Origin: the human T2T-CHM13v2.0 reference genome, Homo sapiens
Assembly: GCF_009914755.1 (NCBI RefSeq)
Contig: NC_060930.1
DNA length: 64,000 bases
Direction: 5' to 3' (one strand)
The notes beneath the pieces were generated by a model. That model had not been told where the DNA came from. It saw only the letters and a list, made by a program, of their open reading frames with translations, and did not search any database. Within the stretch, counting starts at the first letter, position 1; each line of letters starts with the position of its first letter. Of the stretch, positions 41,631 through 56,050 are shown in pieces. The position numbers and the translations under genes were made by a program.

Positions 41631-43439
41631 ATCCCTAGAACCAGAAAAGTCAAGTAATGGAAATAGAATTGAGAAATCTACAGAGAAACATCATGTTACT
41701 TAGTGCTCTGCTTCTGATTGGGGAGGTTTCTAAAAGCTTGGGCACCAGTCTGTGGCCACTATACTGTTTTGAGCTCACAGAGCATGCTCTAGTTCCATCT
41801 GCTGGCTCAAAATATTTATGAGAACATCTAGATTTGTTTGATGTTTAGAAAAGACGTCTCACCTACATATGTCCTTTGCTCAGGATTGCAGTTTTGTCAA
41901 ATTCTAGCCAAAAACTCTGAAATTAAAGCTATTCCTTGTTTATATTGGATAGGCAAATTTACTATGCTCTCATTCTTATTTTGGAAATTTCAGGTTTTAC
42001 AGCAAAATATGCACAGTTTATACCTGACTCAATTTTCTCCATGGCTCAGTTTATTCCCAACAATAATTTTCAGTTCTCAAATTCATGCTGTCCAATCTCT
42101 CACTTCAGATATTCCTCAGACAAGAAACTGGGATATCTGAAGCACTTTTGGCCAAATGCTGTTCAACACACCATTCTGAGTTCTATGTGATACCTACATG
42201 ATTCATGCAGTGAAATTCTGGACCAAATCTGCCCTATCATATCGTCTCCAGACAATGATTTTATTTTCAGACTTGATGTTTCCACTTTAGGGCAACTCTG
42301 AGATGAACACAAACTCTTCGTATCAAACATAGGGAAAATTAAGAAATATTCATTTACCAGAACTAAGGGTATACCTTCTTTTTCACATAGAATAATCTCT
42401 ATATTTCCTGGAGACTTCAGGTAGATTTATAAATAATCAAATGCCATTGTCCAATGAGTGACTTTGGTCTTAGGAAATTACAGATTATGAACTAAATTAA
42501 AAGATGTATATTTAGATTGTTGCTTTATGAAAAAAGCTCTATGTATAATTATCTTTTAATTGAAGCCACTTAGAACTGTGAAAGCCTTTAACATACCTTG
42601 CAGATGGGCTGTAGGAGTTGATGCTGAAAATAATATATAAATATGTGATGTTTAAAATGTATCATTTGCACAGAGCAACTATGATAAACCTTTTTTTAAT
42701 ATTCACACAATAGCGGCAACTGTGGCTGGCAGTAGGAGGCTTGAAATGAAAAGAATAAGGTTATTTCAGAAACACACCTACTCTTTAAACCATGACCCTC
42801 TCCACATCTCTCTATAAAAAGAACAAGGAGGCTTAATCCAGAACTCTGAAGAGCAACTATTTTTAGACTCATTTTTCCCCCTTTCACTGTTGATCTTCTC
42901 AATAGTAGTAAATATGAATGACACAGAAACTTTTAAGACTTGTCCTTTGGAGCAATAATGCTCACAGTGTTGCAATGTGAGCAAGCATAATCACTGATAA
43001 TTATAATTTTAAAAGGAAATATGAAAATTACAAAAAACCTTTCTGAATTATTTCCATGATTAAATTACAATAATCAAAACATGCTACCCAAAGGAAATGG
43101 AGTCCTTAAGGTAACCTTGGGTTTTATTCAACCTCCACTTGAGTAAAACTACCTACAAAATCTTCTATAGGTATTGGTAAATGGCTTTAGAAACGGTTAC
43201 ACATTATATTCCATAAAAACAACTACTACTCAAATAATTTTCAATACCTCAAGAGTCCGGTAAGTTGTTTCATGTCTTTTGTTTCTTCATATGAAAAAGA
43301 TTGAATTTCTCCTTAACGCAAACATGGTTGATAATGATTTTTAAATATTCTGAACAGATTAAACATACGAACACATTTAAATATTGTCAAAATGCTTATT
43401 TTGACAATTTCTAATGAAAGCACCATATAAAACCTGAGT

Positions 43440-43690
43440 GAAGCATATAGTATTAGATAAGCACATGAACTAAGGATCAGACTGCCTGGGCTCAAATCTC
43501 CATAGTCACTACTTAGGAGCTATGCAATCCTGGAGAATGCAGTTAACCTTACTAAGTCTCCACTCCTTCATCTGTAAATGTGAATCATTATGGCACCTCC
43601 AAGGATTGTTTTAAAGCTCAAGTGAGGTACCCCTTATAAAACATGTAGTCTCATGCTTGCGATATAATCAGAATGATAAATGATTGTTGT
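43440..43690 (+). mobile_element. MIR
   Basis: cagactgcctgggctcaaatctcc...ctccttcatctgtaaatg. Other MIRs at ~18990, 20760, 28370, 29040 and 58770. Confidence 0.75.
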
Positions 43691-44759
43691 TATTATTTTC
43701 TAAAGGTAACAAGTATATAACTGTAGATGTCTAAAATTTCTGAATTCATTTGCCTACTTATATTAATTGGATATAGTTTACAAAGCAATTCTGTCAGGAA
43801 GTGTAAAAGTTCTCCAATTATTACATATTTCTTTGTTTTGAATAATTATGGACTACTGCTTTTACCTTGCCAACATTTGTGGATTATAGTTGAAAGTAAA
43901 ATAAAATCCTCCTGTAGTTTTAGTTCAATTCAGCAAGCCCTTTGAACAGGTACTTTTGTGTGTCACATAGCGTTTTAGAGATTATAGTGGAAACAAAGAT
44001 GAAGAAGAAACTACAGGCTCTTTAGGAGTTTATGGTCTAGTGGAATGGATAAGATAACAACACAAACACTATAGTAATATAAGATACAGCAAGATTACTT
44101 CTATGAGCCTGAAAATAGAGATCATATCATGATTGCAGTTATCCAAAAAGAATTCGTGAAGGAGAAAAGAGAGAGAACAATTTAATGAGAGGATTTTGGG
44201 AGAGCATTTAAAGTGACAGAATAGCATGAGTCAGGGAGCAAAGACAGAATCCATGATTATTGCAGGGAGAAGTGGTGAGAAATTTAGACAGATTGTTACT
44301 AGGGTACTTGTAGTAGTCGTAATAGAGCAGTGGGGTGAACCAAGCTGACCATTATAGATCATAATGACTTCTGCATAAACTATAGGAAGTATATATTTTC
44401 AAATATTGACTTATAGCTTCTCTCAAAAGAAAGACCTAGGAATCCTTAGGTATTGGAAATTAACGCAGGGGGATATCAAAGCCATAACTGTAGGAAAAAG
44501 CTATTGGAGTGTTAGATCATACATAAGCCTTGGCTGCTAGAAGCTGAGGTCCTAAAGCCTTTGTGAGGATGCTAACGACACCTCTCACGCAAGCAGCGAT
44601 GCCCTTCCAAGCCTCCAGCAATGACCCAGCACTGTATTGCTGCTCTAGCCTCATGAAGTAGAAAAACCCTATGCATTCTCAGGCCTGCAATGTGTCTAAG
44701 AAATTTGTAATTCATACAGAGTTTCTTGGAGAAGAGGAAATAAATTGCCTTTCAGAAAT

Positions 44760-45300
44760 GGAAACTCCTAGTCTGAACCAAGAACAGATGGAATTAACAT
44801 CAAAAGTTGCATAAATTGATTCAGGACCAGTGAACTGCCTGAAGGCTCCACACCCAGAGAAATGCACTCAAAAGCATCTCTAACAACTGTTTCACAAACC
44901 AGGCACTTGGGGCTCCCAAAAGATAAATATATCCCATTGAATATAAGTTTACAATAATTATAAATATCATGAAGCAAAACATTATGAAGAAGAATCAGCA
45001 AATGCAGGAATCAGGAGACTCAGCAAAACAAGAAATTTAAAAGAATAGGAAATATTTTTAAAACTATAATATATTGTTTAAAATCGTTAAGACATGAAAG
45101 AACAGAAATAATTAAAATCATTAAGATGTGAAAGAACAGTTAAATAATTAAAGAATATGAAAAACTTTAAACAGAACTTCTATAAGTAAAATATTGTCAT
45201 TGAAATTAATGAATAGAATAAATAGCCAATTAGATTCAGTTGAAGAAAGATTCAACCTTCTGGAAGTTAAGTACTGAAGACCTATACCAGGATCCATCTC
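44760..45300 (+). mobile_element. Old L1M (5'UTR/ORF1-region) fragment
   Basis: A-rich; aaacagaacttcta...aatagccaattagattcagttgaagaaagattcaaccttctggaag resembles degenerate L1 ORF1 coiled-coil region. Confidence 0.5.
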
Positions 45301-48300
45301 GTGTCTATAGGAAAAGGATGGAGATGAGAAACACTATATAGCTAGCATTTCGAGAAATTGGATCTTGAATTTGGGAGAAGAGGAAACAGTCACTGAATGT
45401 CCACTTTTAACCTCTATTTTTATATTAACCCATCATAATAACAACGTGATTATTTTCTCCTTTTTACAGATAAATGAAATAATCCTAGGAGAGAGTTAAA
45501 TAATTTTTTCCAATGGTTCTTTGTAATAAGTAGTAGAACCACAATTTAAATCTAGGTTTTATTATTACAACTGCTACTTAGACATGACATACTAACAAGA
45601 TTTCCAGAAAGCATACTTTGTAGGTAACTGGAAATTTTAATTTAAAACTTAAAAAGTTGTTGGGCTCAAACCAAATTTTGTACCTCTGATATTGATTTTG
45701 AAGAGAACCAGGGAGAAAACAGTAGTTGAAAGGAAGTAGCAATAAGAGAAGTTGATATTTAAATAAGATATATGATATCAGGCAATTTTTTTTTGAGAGA
45801 GAAATATTGAAGAAGGGATTGGATGGGATTCAAAACCTTAGAAATAACCATAGAATTAAACCATAGAGATGACAACAAAGGAGGAGAAGTAGAATGCAAA
45901 TAAAGGACAGTTTGAAACAAGGAAGAGGTAAGATGAGCAAACCCATTTATTCTCAACTTCATAATCCAGAAAGAAAAAAGGGAAAACAATCTAGCAGATA
46001 AACCTGGACATGTCATTCTAGGAAATAGGTAGTGAAAGGGTAGACATAAGGCAAAAAAAAGAGAACTCTTCACAGTATGCATGTGTTGTGGATAGAAGAT
46101 CAAGAACTGGGAAATTGTCTTTCAACTAAATACGTTCTGGACAGAAACGTATGTTATTCAAACATTCTTTATACCCTGTATAAAGACAACGAATAGTCTC
46201 ACCAGTGTGTAAAAATATTACAAGGTAGTTGTCCCGAGTGCTTTTCACCTACAATGCCAGGAAGGATGCTAATCAGTGCCAATTGTTAGAGCTGGTGTTG
46301 TCATCTGGGCACCTGTTTGCTAAGAGCTGGACTGACAACAACTGATTCTACATAAGCCTTCTAAGCAGCTGTCAGATGGCAATGACGTTAATTTACTACT
46401 GACTTGGGCCAGATTTGATGCTGACCCAGACGTGACAGACTGGCTTTCCTATTAGTTGAGCCATCCAGTGCCTTCTGTAACTATTTTTATTGCAAACAGA
46501 AAGCATGTCTAAATGTTTTATTTCTCAAGATTCAATTCTATGTTGTGATGTTTTTGTTTGAGGATATCTGTACAAGTTAAATCCCTCACAGGCACAGGTA
46601 TGGGTTGCCAAAATAATAGAGAAAGGGCTGATTTGAGGCAGTCAGACATTAATTATTTACCGTGGCAACCATTGCTACATTCCATTCCTAATGGAGAACA
46701 ATTTAGTCTTCTGCAGCTTTGAGTATCACAGCTGTGATTTGCATTGCCAGCACAAAACTGAGGACTGAATTTCATGACTTTTTTTAGGTTAGACTCTATT
46801 ACCTTCATTTCTCTTCAAAACTTTCCTCACCCTTCATGCATATCCTGAGACACCCCTGTGCCTAATGTTATTGAGGAAGAGCAAAAGGACAAGTGCAGCT
46901 AGAGCACCAGACGTTTTTCAGCTCAGAAGCAGCACTACCTCTTTAAGTCAGGTAGTGTGTTTGTCTCATGCTATTTGTTACCAGTGTTTCCTATGGACTA
47001 TGTTCATGAGTAAGTTACATCTTTCAAGTGTGCCTAACTTAATCCTATGACCTAACAACCTAAGCATAGATGGAAGTTGATTCAATAACCCATTCATTCC
47101 TTTAACTCATTCATTCAGTATGTTGAATAAGGTTCTAGATAATGGGAATAAAATAATAAACAAAACCTCCTCCTTCAGAAGGCTTATATTAATATTTTAA
47201 TGGCACAGGCAGAAAAATGAAAAAAACAAGAAATAGAAGGCACAATGGCAGGTAAGGTTGAGCCTGATAAAGTCTGGGAGATGACTGAGAATGACACGGA
47301 CTCCATTTTAGGTAGGAAGTCAGGTAAGACCTTTCTGAGAAGGCGACAAAAAGCATGTGAATGCTTGTGGAAAGACTATTCAAGGCCCCCGCCATCCCCT
47401 CGCTCCCACAAAAAAAAAAAAAGCAAGACAAAGGCCCTGAGATATGCATTTTCCTAATGTTATTGAGGAAGAGCAAAAAGACAAGTGCCACTAGAGCACA
47501 GCAAATGGCGGGGAACGGGGAAGAACTCCGCAGAAACTAGAGCATGTAGGGCACACAGACCTTGGGAAAGCAAGATGCTTTCGTGTATGCTCTAGCTTCT
47601 GCTAATTATCTTAGGCTTGTGTGGGTTGAATTGTGTTAAGAAAATTACTTTTAAAACATTTTTAATATATAGATCTATTTTTCAAATCTCAGAGGAAACA
47701 TGGTAAGCTGAGTCTCCAATGAACTCAATTACATAAATAATAAGCTGCAAAGTTGAAACACAAACCTAGGCACACCTGGCTCTAAAGCCCATTCCATTAT
47801 ATTGCACCACAAAGGTGTACTTAGGGCATAACAACTGAATTCACTGCAACAAAATTTTGCTATGCTGTTTGCTAAGACTGTGAATAAGGCAGGGAGACTA
47901 CCCTCAAGTTTCAGAAAGACTATTGGGACAGAAAAATAAGCAGATAATCACCATTCTCTGTGATAAAAGTCATGTCTGTATAAAAGATAACAAGAGAAGG
48001 CTTTGATTAACTCTGTTTAGTTATTTAGAAGAACAAGAACTAAATATGAGTGGTTTTTAAAGAAGAGACCATGGAAGAAAAGAGGGTAGAATATCTATTG
48101 TGAAAATCTGAAGTCATGAAACGCATGACCTGAACAGAAAATTGCAAATAATTACCAGTAGTTTAGAAGCAGCACTGGAGTTCAGCCTGGTGGTACAGCC
48201 TGGTACAAAGTAGAAACCAGCTGGCTTCTACTTTGAGGGTTCATGTCCTTCTTATTGGCCAGTGCCGTGTCTCTTTCATGAATAAATACGTAAATATCAC

Positions 48301-49606
48301 TCCATTACCAGACAATTAGCACTGACACTACAGAGATAGGTAAAAGCCAGATTACTGATGCCATGTCAGTCATTTGGGTTTTAGTCCATGGTTGATGGCA
48401 GCTACCAAAGAGAGATGAAAAGGAATGAAAGAATAGGGAGAAGTACCTAAATATGTTATGACTTTTAGCATAACACAATGGAAATAAAGTATGTCTCTAA
48501 AGATTTTATTTTACCAAAATTGTTTTAGACATCTTTACAGAAAAAGAAAAGTAAAATATATGAGATTTCAACACTTTCTGAAATATAATACTTAGAAAAT
48601 TTATACTTTTTTGATTAGATCAGATTGATTGCCATACTTTAAAAGATTTGTTGGCACAGTTCTTGATGGGAAATTGGTAATTGCAATTAATGTACTTTAA
48701 CCTTCCTATTTCACTATTTCTCTGGCCTGTTAATTATTGATTATTTCATTATTTTTTTAGTTAATTTTATACAAATTTAGCAAAGAAAAAGTACAGATTA
48801 AACTTTTAGTAAACAAGTAAAAGTATAATGGATTCCTGCTATTTCTTTACCTTCTCTTACCTTACTATTCTTTCGCATTATAAGATGTTTTTCCTCCCTT
48901 GAACTGTACAACAAGCAAATATAAGAATTGGCAGCACATTTCTCTGACCATCAAACTAATTTAAGCTTTGCATTTTAATAGTTCATTCTGTTGCTGAAGA
49001 CCCAGCAGAGAGTTTTCAATTGTTTTTGCTGTTTTTTTTTAAAAAAAAGCTAAAGCAATCTGGTTTTCAATCATGTCATAGTAAATCTCCAAAGTTTAAA
49101 GATATTTTAAGTAAATTTGTGCTGCTAATAACTTTCTTTGCTGCTCTATAGAGATGTGTTCATTTTAAGAGGTAAGGCAAAAGTTAATAAGCTCAGCTTG
49201 TTGGTAAAAATGGCTATTTTTGAAGTGTTTATAATCTCCCATCTCTGATCACACCTTACTAAACAGTCCCCCATGTTTACCACATGCTAAAGTATTTTTG
49301 ATTTTTACTCCAATTAAGAACCTAAATTAATACACATTTTCCCAAATGTGTTGAATTGTGTGTTCTAACTAGAAATGGCAAGTTTGTCAAGCCTGCCGAA
49401 AAGTATACACTCATTAATTCTTGCATGCTGGATGTTTATCCATCTGAGTATGGGATACACACAATTTACAGTTTTCAAATCCTCCCAAGCATTGCAAGGC
49501 TATTTTAAGTTAATTGAGCAATTTTAAATAAAGTTGTTTGATGAAGTTATTCAGATAAATGGTAATGAAGATTCTGATGTTTGCTCTGTTCTTTTGACCA
49601 TCACAG

Positions 49607-49801
49607 ATTAAAGAGCACCTTGCTAAGGGGCAGCGAATGCTGGCAGGTGATGGAATGTCCCAGGTGACCAAGACACTGTTGGATTTAACTCAGAGAAAAA
49701 ATTTCTATGCAGGCGATCTTCTGATGTCTGTGGAGATCCTGAGAAATGTGACAGACACATTTAAAAGGGCAAGTTACATCCCTGCATCTGATGGTGTCCA
49801 G
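49607..49801 (+). CDS. ADGRB3: ADGRB3 coding exon (probably exon 11), GAIN domain N-terminal helical part
   Basis: cttttgaccatcacag| ... cag|gtaagg; 195 nt, phase 0-0. Translates [65 protein letters not shown]. Confidence 0.97.
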
Positions 49802-50699
49802 GTAAGGGAGACAAGTTCGTGAAGGAAAGGGCTAGTGAAGATGCAATCAGTTTTTGGTCCCACGAAGCCAGTGCAGCCGTCTTGGAGGCGGACTGGAGGA
49901 AGATAATGCTCAAAGTTATGCTTAGTGTGAGCTCTGGAAATGACCTCAGTTCCCTTAGTCATTCTCCACCTCAATGTCCTCGCCCATAAAATGCATATAT
50001 TACACCTCAAGGAGATACTGAATGAGAACCTGTATGAAGTGCTTTGAGCCCCCAGATAAAAGGCACTATAGCAAATTCAAGGTGGTATCATGGATATTTT
50101 ATTCCCACATTTAATATACCATCTTGACATAGGAGACTATTAAAAATGCATTAAGCATAATGAAAACACATTAACTGTAACATGCAAAAAAACATAGTTT
50201 AAAGTTTGTTTAGGATTTTGCTATTAGTGGGGGAAAAACATATTTAATTTTATCAAACTATTCCCTGAAAATATAAGGCAAATAGAAAATTGTTCTAGCT
50301 AAGAAAATACGAAATTCAATAACTTCTCACAGCATATTTTTCTTGTTTTGGAAGACTTTTAGAACAACATCATTTATTTCCATAATAAAGTTTAAGTACT
50401 CACCCAATGTCAGTATTGCCTTTGCCATTAAAACAAAGCTTATTGAATGGCAAACAAAGCATATTTAATGCAACTACAGTTTGCGTTTCAGATTAACTCT
50501 TTTTATGCTGTAGATTCAAAGGTACTTCTACAAAGACTGCTGAGTTCATTTCTGCATTTTCAGCATAATGTTCTTACTGCATCTCTGCATAAAGTTCATT
50601 AAAATAAAGATTTGGCAAAACTCCCAGATTAGGTTTTGTGTTCCTTCAGCCTACTCTAAATTTGTAAGTTTATTGGTATTTCCCTTGGAAAATACAGGA

Positions 50700-50738
50700 T
50701 TTGTTTTGTTTTGTTTTGTTTTGTTTTGTTTTGTTTTA
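50700..50738 (+). repeat. (GTTTT)n pentanucleotide repeat
   Basis: Directly visible. Confidence 0.95.
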
Positions 50739-53196
50739 ATTAGCTATTGAAGGAAAGAGGAAAACAAGACTTTTTAGAATCATGGAGTCTTTCATAAATA
50801 ATACTGACACCCTAATTTGTATAGAGGTACATATATTGCTAAAATCATATGCATATACTGCTGAAAGAAACTGCTACGAGAATTATTGGTGCTGAATTCT
50901 ATATTAAATCACCACTGTCCGTATTTAAAATTATAATTGTAAAAGTACATTGCCTGGAGTGGATGGAAGATTATTATCTTTTGAACATTTCAAAGATGCT
51001 TTTCTCTTACAAAGATGAAACACTTTTTTTCCTAAGTTTTAAATGTTAATAAAGTAACCAAGTACTTTTCCCTGCAGTTCTGAAATGCTTCTATTAATAT
51101 TTACATTAAAAATAGCATTTAAAGTCTTTGACACAAAATATAAGTTGTGATTTCAAAAAAATTCTCATAAACTCTGTTCACAGTTGAAACATTAGGTAAA
51201 GTACTCCATGAAATAATCTCTAACTCTCAAAAGTGTAGGGCTTCAAAATTCTTATGTGTGCAAGTTCAAGAAATTAATGTGACCAGTTTATATTTAGAAC
51301 ATATTTTGACTGAGCTACTTATTTGTGTGCATAAATTCAATGAAAAATTCCATTAACCAGTTGCTTAGTCATTGACATTAGCTGGTTTGACTTAAATAGA
51401 GCAATTTGGCTAATTATCTTGTTTCATTTTAGTCTAGTCAGAAATAGGTTTCTCTCTTTCCATCCTACTTCATCAAAGGAAGTATACACAAAGTCCTAAG
51501 CACGTTGGTGTCCTCGTCATTGCCTCACAAATGGCAGCTGCATTTTCCTATGTCATTAACTTTACTGTTGTCTTTTGGGGCATCTGGAATGCCCTCCTTA
51601 TCTGAAATTCCTTCCTCTCCCATCTCTGCCTGTCATAATTCTAGCTCAACTCTGGTAAGTCTTTCTGAACTCCAGATGACCAACCCCCACCTTTATCTGA
51701 AAATGATTTTTCTCTTATCTGAAATTTCAAAGAATTTTTATCTCTTGTATTCTACTTCCCACAATTTTATACAAAGAATTTGCAAATATTTACTGTCTTC
51801 TTTACTTGATTATAAACTCTGGTTTATAATCTTCATCAATATTCTTTGAACTTCACGTTACTTTAGTTTTTGCCATGTCCAAGGGCTCTGGGCATTTCTA
51901 ATTGGCTAGCAACTCAGGATTAATGTGGCATAAACTAATCTTAATTCCAAGTTTTCTTGCATTTCTCCACTTTTTAAAAATAGAATTAGTAGTCCCTAGC
52001 TAGAATTGAAATGCCATCTTGACTTTTTCCTTTTCTCTTTTCTCTTGGGTCTGCCTACTTAATGCCTCTTTCATCCATTCTTTCCTCTCTCTTTCCACTA
52101 CTGTCATCCAGGTCAGCCTCTAATTACCTCAGCCTACATGATTTCTGTGGCCTCTTCCTTTTGATCCTCCCTCGCCTGTTTACCTACATCCCTAGCAATG
52201 TTATATACTGTGGTACTATAATTTATCATAGAACAGCTCTGATTATGTCACTGTCTACTCAAAAACCTTTGGTAGAGCTTCAAGTCTCCCCGAATGACAA
52301 CTTGAAGTCATTATACTGCCTCCTAGTACACTCCACATATGTAGGTTACCTACCTTTCCAGCCTCATGTGTGGATTACTCTTTCTCCTCACAGACCAGCC
52401 ACTTGAGGTAAATGAACCACTTCCTGATTCCTGAAAGCACTGTATGTTCTTGGCTCTGGGTCTTTGCTTCCTCTGTGTTTTCAGACCGGCTTCGTCTATC
52501 TCAATCTGCTGTTGAAGTTCTCAGGTCTTATGGGCCTGTGAACTCCAAGAGCATTTCCTCTTCTGCATCTCATCATATCTTGTAGTATCAGCACTAATTA
52601 GCAAATCTTCGGAAAAAAAGACATGTTTCTGATCCATCTTTGGACCCTAGCCAAGTGCCAGCCCACCTCCTGCAAATAAGATTTCACATAGAATCCTGTC
52701 TATAGAAGATGTTCAACAAATGTTTGTTGAATGTATTAACAACAAAAGTAGTGGTAATAATCACAGAGGTATCCATGAACTTTTTTCATCCTTTTTCCAG
52801 TAGAAAATGATGAGAAAAGATAAAAGAGAAATTAAGTAAAATTAAAGGGAATATATTCTTTTAAATGTAGTTATGTGCAAGGTATTTTATTAAAAATGGC
52901 TGGTAATGTTGTACTCAATTAAAAACTTGATTGGATATTTTGATGAAAGAGACATAGAATTGTCTACTATATACTAACTACTACAGACAGAATAGCTTAT
53001 ATTAGCAAGATCATAGGAAAAGTTTGGATATCTGGTTAGTAAATTATTGGAATGTACTCCAATAAACATACACAGGCACATACAAATATGTGCATATGCA
53101 TATACTTTTTTCTATTGAAAATCAAATGAATTAAACCATGAAGACCTTGAAAACGTTTGAAGGCCTTTAATATGGCTGTGATGATATTGTGAATTA

Positions 53197-53486
53197 AACC
53201 AGGCGCAGTGGCTCATGTCTGTAATCACAGCACTTTGGGAGGTCAAGGCAGGCTGATCCCTTGAGGTCAGGAGTTTGAGACCAGCCTGGACAACATGGTG
53301 AAACCCTGTTGCTACTAAAAATACAAAAAAAAAAAAAAAAAAAAAGCAGTGCATGGTAGTGCATGCCTGTAATTCTAGCTACTCGGGAGCCTGAGGCGGT
53401 ATCTCTTGAACCCGGGAATCGGAGGTCTCAGTGAGCTGAGATCACACCACTGCACTCCGGCCTGGGTGACAGAGTGACACTCTGTC

Positions 53487-53522
<36 letters not shown>

Positions 53523-53523
53523 A
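53197..53523 (+). mobile_element. AluS with expanded central A-tract and (TAAA)n tail
   Basis: Alu dimer; TSD att(g/a)tgaatta at 53186-53196 and 53524-53534. Confidence 0.92.
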
Positions 53524-54959
53524 ATTATGAATTAGGATCATAAGAATTGGCCTGATTCCTCCCAACACATGAGGTCCTTAAGTTAAAATGACTCCTGTTT
53601 TTAATTGTCATTATTATTTCTAAAAGGTAACTTATTTTTTGGCCTATGGAGGAAACTCATTCATGAAAAATTTAATTCAGCAGGGTTTCTAAATACCACT
53701 AAGACACTTTGTTCTTGTATTTGTATATAAAAACATTTATTTTTTATATTATCTACCTCTGTTCAGTAATAGTAATTCAGAATGTGAGAGATTTATGTAA
53801 GTATTTTAACTAACAAATCCATAGAATTGTATGAACCCTTAAAATTTCAAATTATATAAGTTATTATTGTTGTCATCTCCTAAATCAATTCACAACAAAC
53901 CTATTTTTAAACGTTAGTACAATATTCTTCTTTCATTGCTTTAACATGTAGCTTGACAACTTCATAAATCAGAATATTGTATTCACCTTAAGAAATTAAT
54001 AAAATTGTGAAGTTAATCTTTCCCCAGATTATTCACCTTACTGAGGGACAGCATTAAAATCACATGAGCCACTGCAGTTTAAGTTCTTGGAGTTAATGTC
54101 CTCTTTTACTAAGAGCAATAATTTGCTGCCATTGACAATGGAGAAAAGAAGAAGCAACATCTATAACCCCTACATTTTTCTTAAACCAAAAAAGTGTATA
54201 GCTTTTCCTTATTCCATCCTGATTATCCTGTGAAGATAATTAGAACTTATCAAAGTAAAAGAGTATCACTTCTATTTAGTTAAAAAAATATGCATGGCTG
54301 AATCCCAAAAGTATCACATTACTAAATCAACACCAAATTCCATTAAAATGGGCACAGTTACTTCAGTAAGGAACATGGGTTAACTACCAGCAAAGCTGTT
54401 TCCCTTCATTCATTACTCTGTCTGTGTGTAGCCACTTAACTCTTTGGCAACTGTTGCATACTATGATTAAGTCCATATCAAAGCCTATATATGATACCCA
54501 TTGTTTATTTTTGATGCCAAAACTGAAATAGATCAGTAAAAAGAGAAAAAACAAAGGAAATAATTTATGACATTATCACCATTTTCAACTAGCCACTCAC
54601 TAGATCTCTAAGAGGAGAAGTGAATGCAACATATGCAGCTGTACCCCGAAGAGGTGGTGCAGAGGCTTTGTCTGGTCAGCTGTCGGGTCATAAGATGAAG
54701 CTCCCTCTAAGATCCTATTCTTTCCTAAAAGTACCCATCTTTGGATACAACTATAAAACTGTATTTTATCCTGGCTTAGACAATATCACCTATAATATAC
54801 ACCTTTATTTGTGCCCTGTATGTAAGAAAAGCTGCTGTGTGTATACCTGTGACAATACTAAGCTGTCTTTCATTTTAAGTCCCAACCTTGATTTATGAGA
54901 TGTTAAAATTGTAAAAACCTCATACAATAAAAATGTGCTTATATGTTTTGGAATGATAA

Positions 54960-55398
<439 letters not shown>

Positions 55399-56050
55399 AG
55401 ATTTCCCTTTTCTCATCTGACTTATGTTTCTTTAAGATCCAGCTTAAAGATATCTTTTGTTGTTGTTGTTCTCAAAAGTCTCACCAAATCCCAGGCAGAT
55501 TAAATTTTTTTCTACTTCTGTGGGCTTTTGAAATCTTGTAAACATCCGTACTACAGAACTTTCACACACAACATCATAATTATTGTTGCTAGGTCTGCCT
55601 TCAGCAATATTTTTTAAGCTCTTTGAGAGATTATTTTGTCCCTAGGGCTTAGCTTGGTACTTGAAGCATGTAGACACTCAAATATTTGTTGATATAATTA
55701 ATGAATAACTAAGGGTAATATAATAATGTTTGAGGAACTTACATTGTTTCACAAAATATTAGAAAACTGCTCTGAATATCTAATTCAGAGGAAAAAAAGA
55801 AAAAAAAATACTTGTTCATTTACTTTTTTTTCACCACTGAAATAATTCATTCTGAATCTTATTCTATCAGTAGAGGATTGAGTTGGCACTGCTTGCTCCA
55901 GAAACTTTAAGACTTAATAAAATTTAATCAGACATATTTAAAATCAAATTTCAGCCTGTCCAGCTATCTTAGTATCTTCAGGCATGTTACTTAATCTTTG
56001 TCTACCTTATTTCTTAGTTTCTGTAAAAAAAAGAAACAAAGAAGAGATAA

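Noticed and set aside
45078-45150. 34-36 bp degenerate tandem duplication
   Set aside because: Ordinary slippage inside an old L1 fragment.
50421-50454. tttgccatt...aatggcaaa small inverted repeat
   Set aside because: 9-bp arms in AT-rich DNA are plausible by chance, and no MADE1 TIRs surround it.
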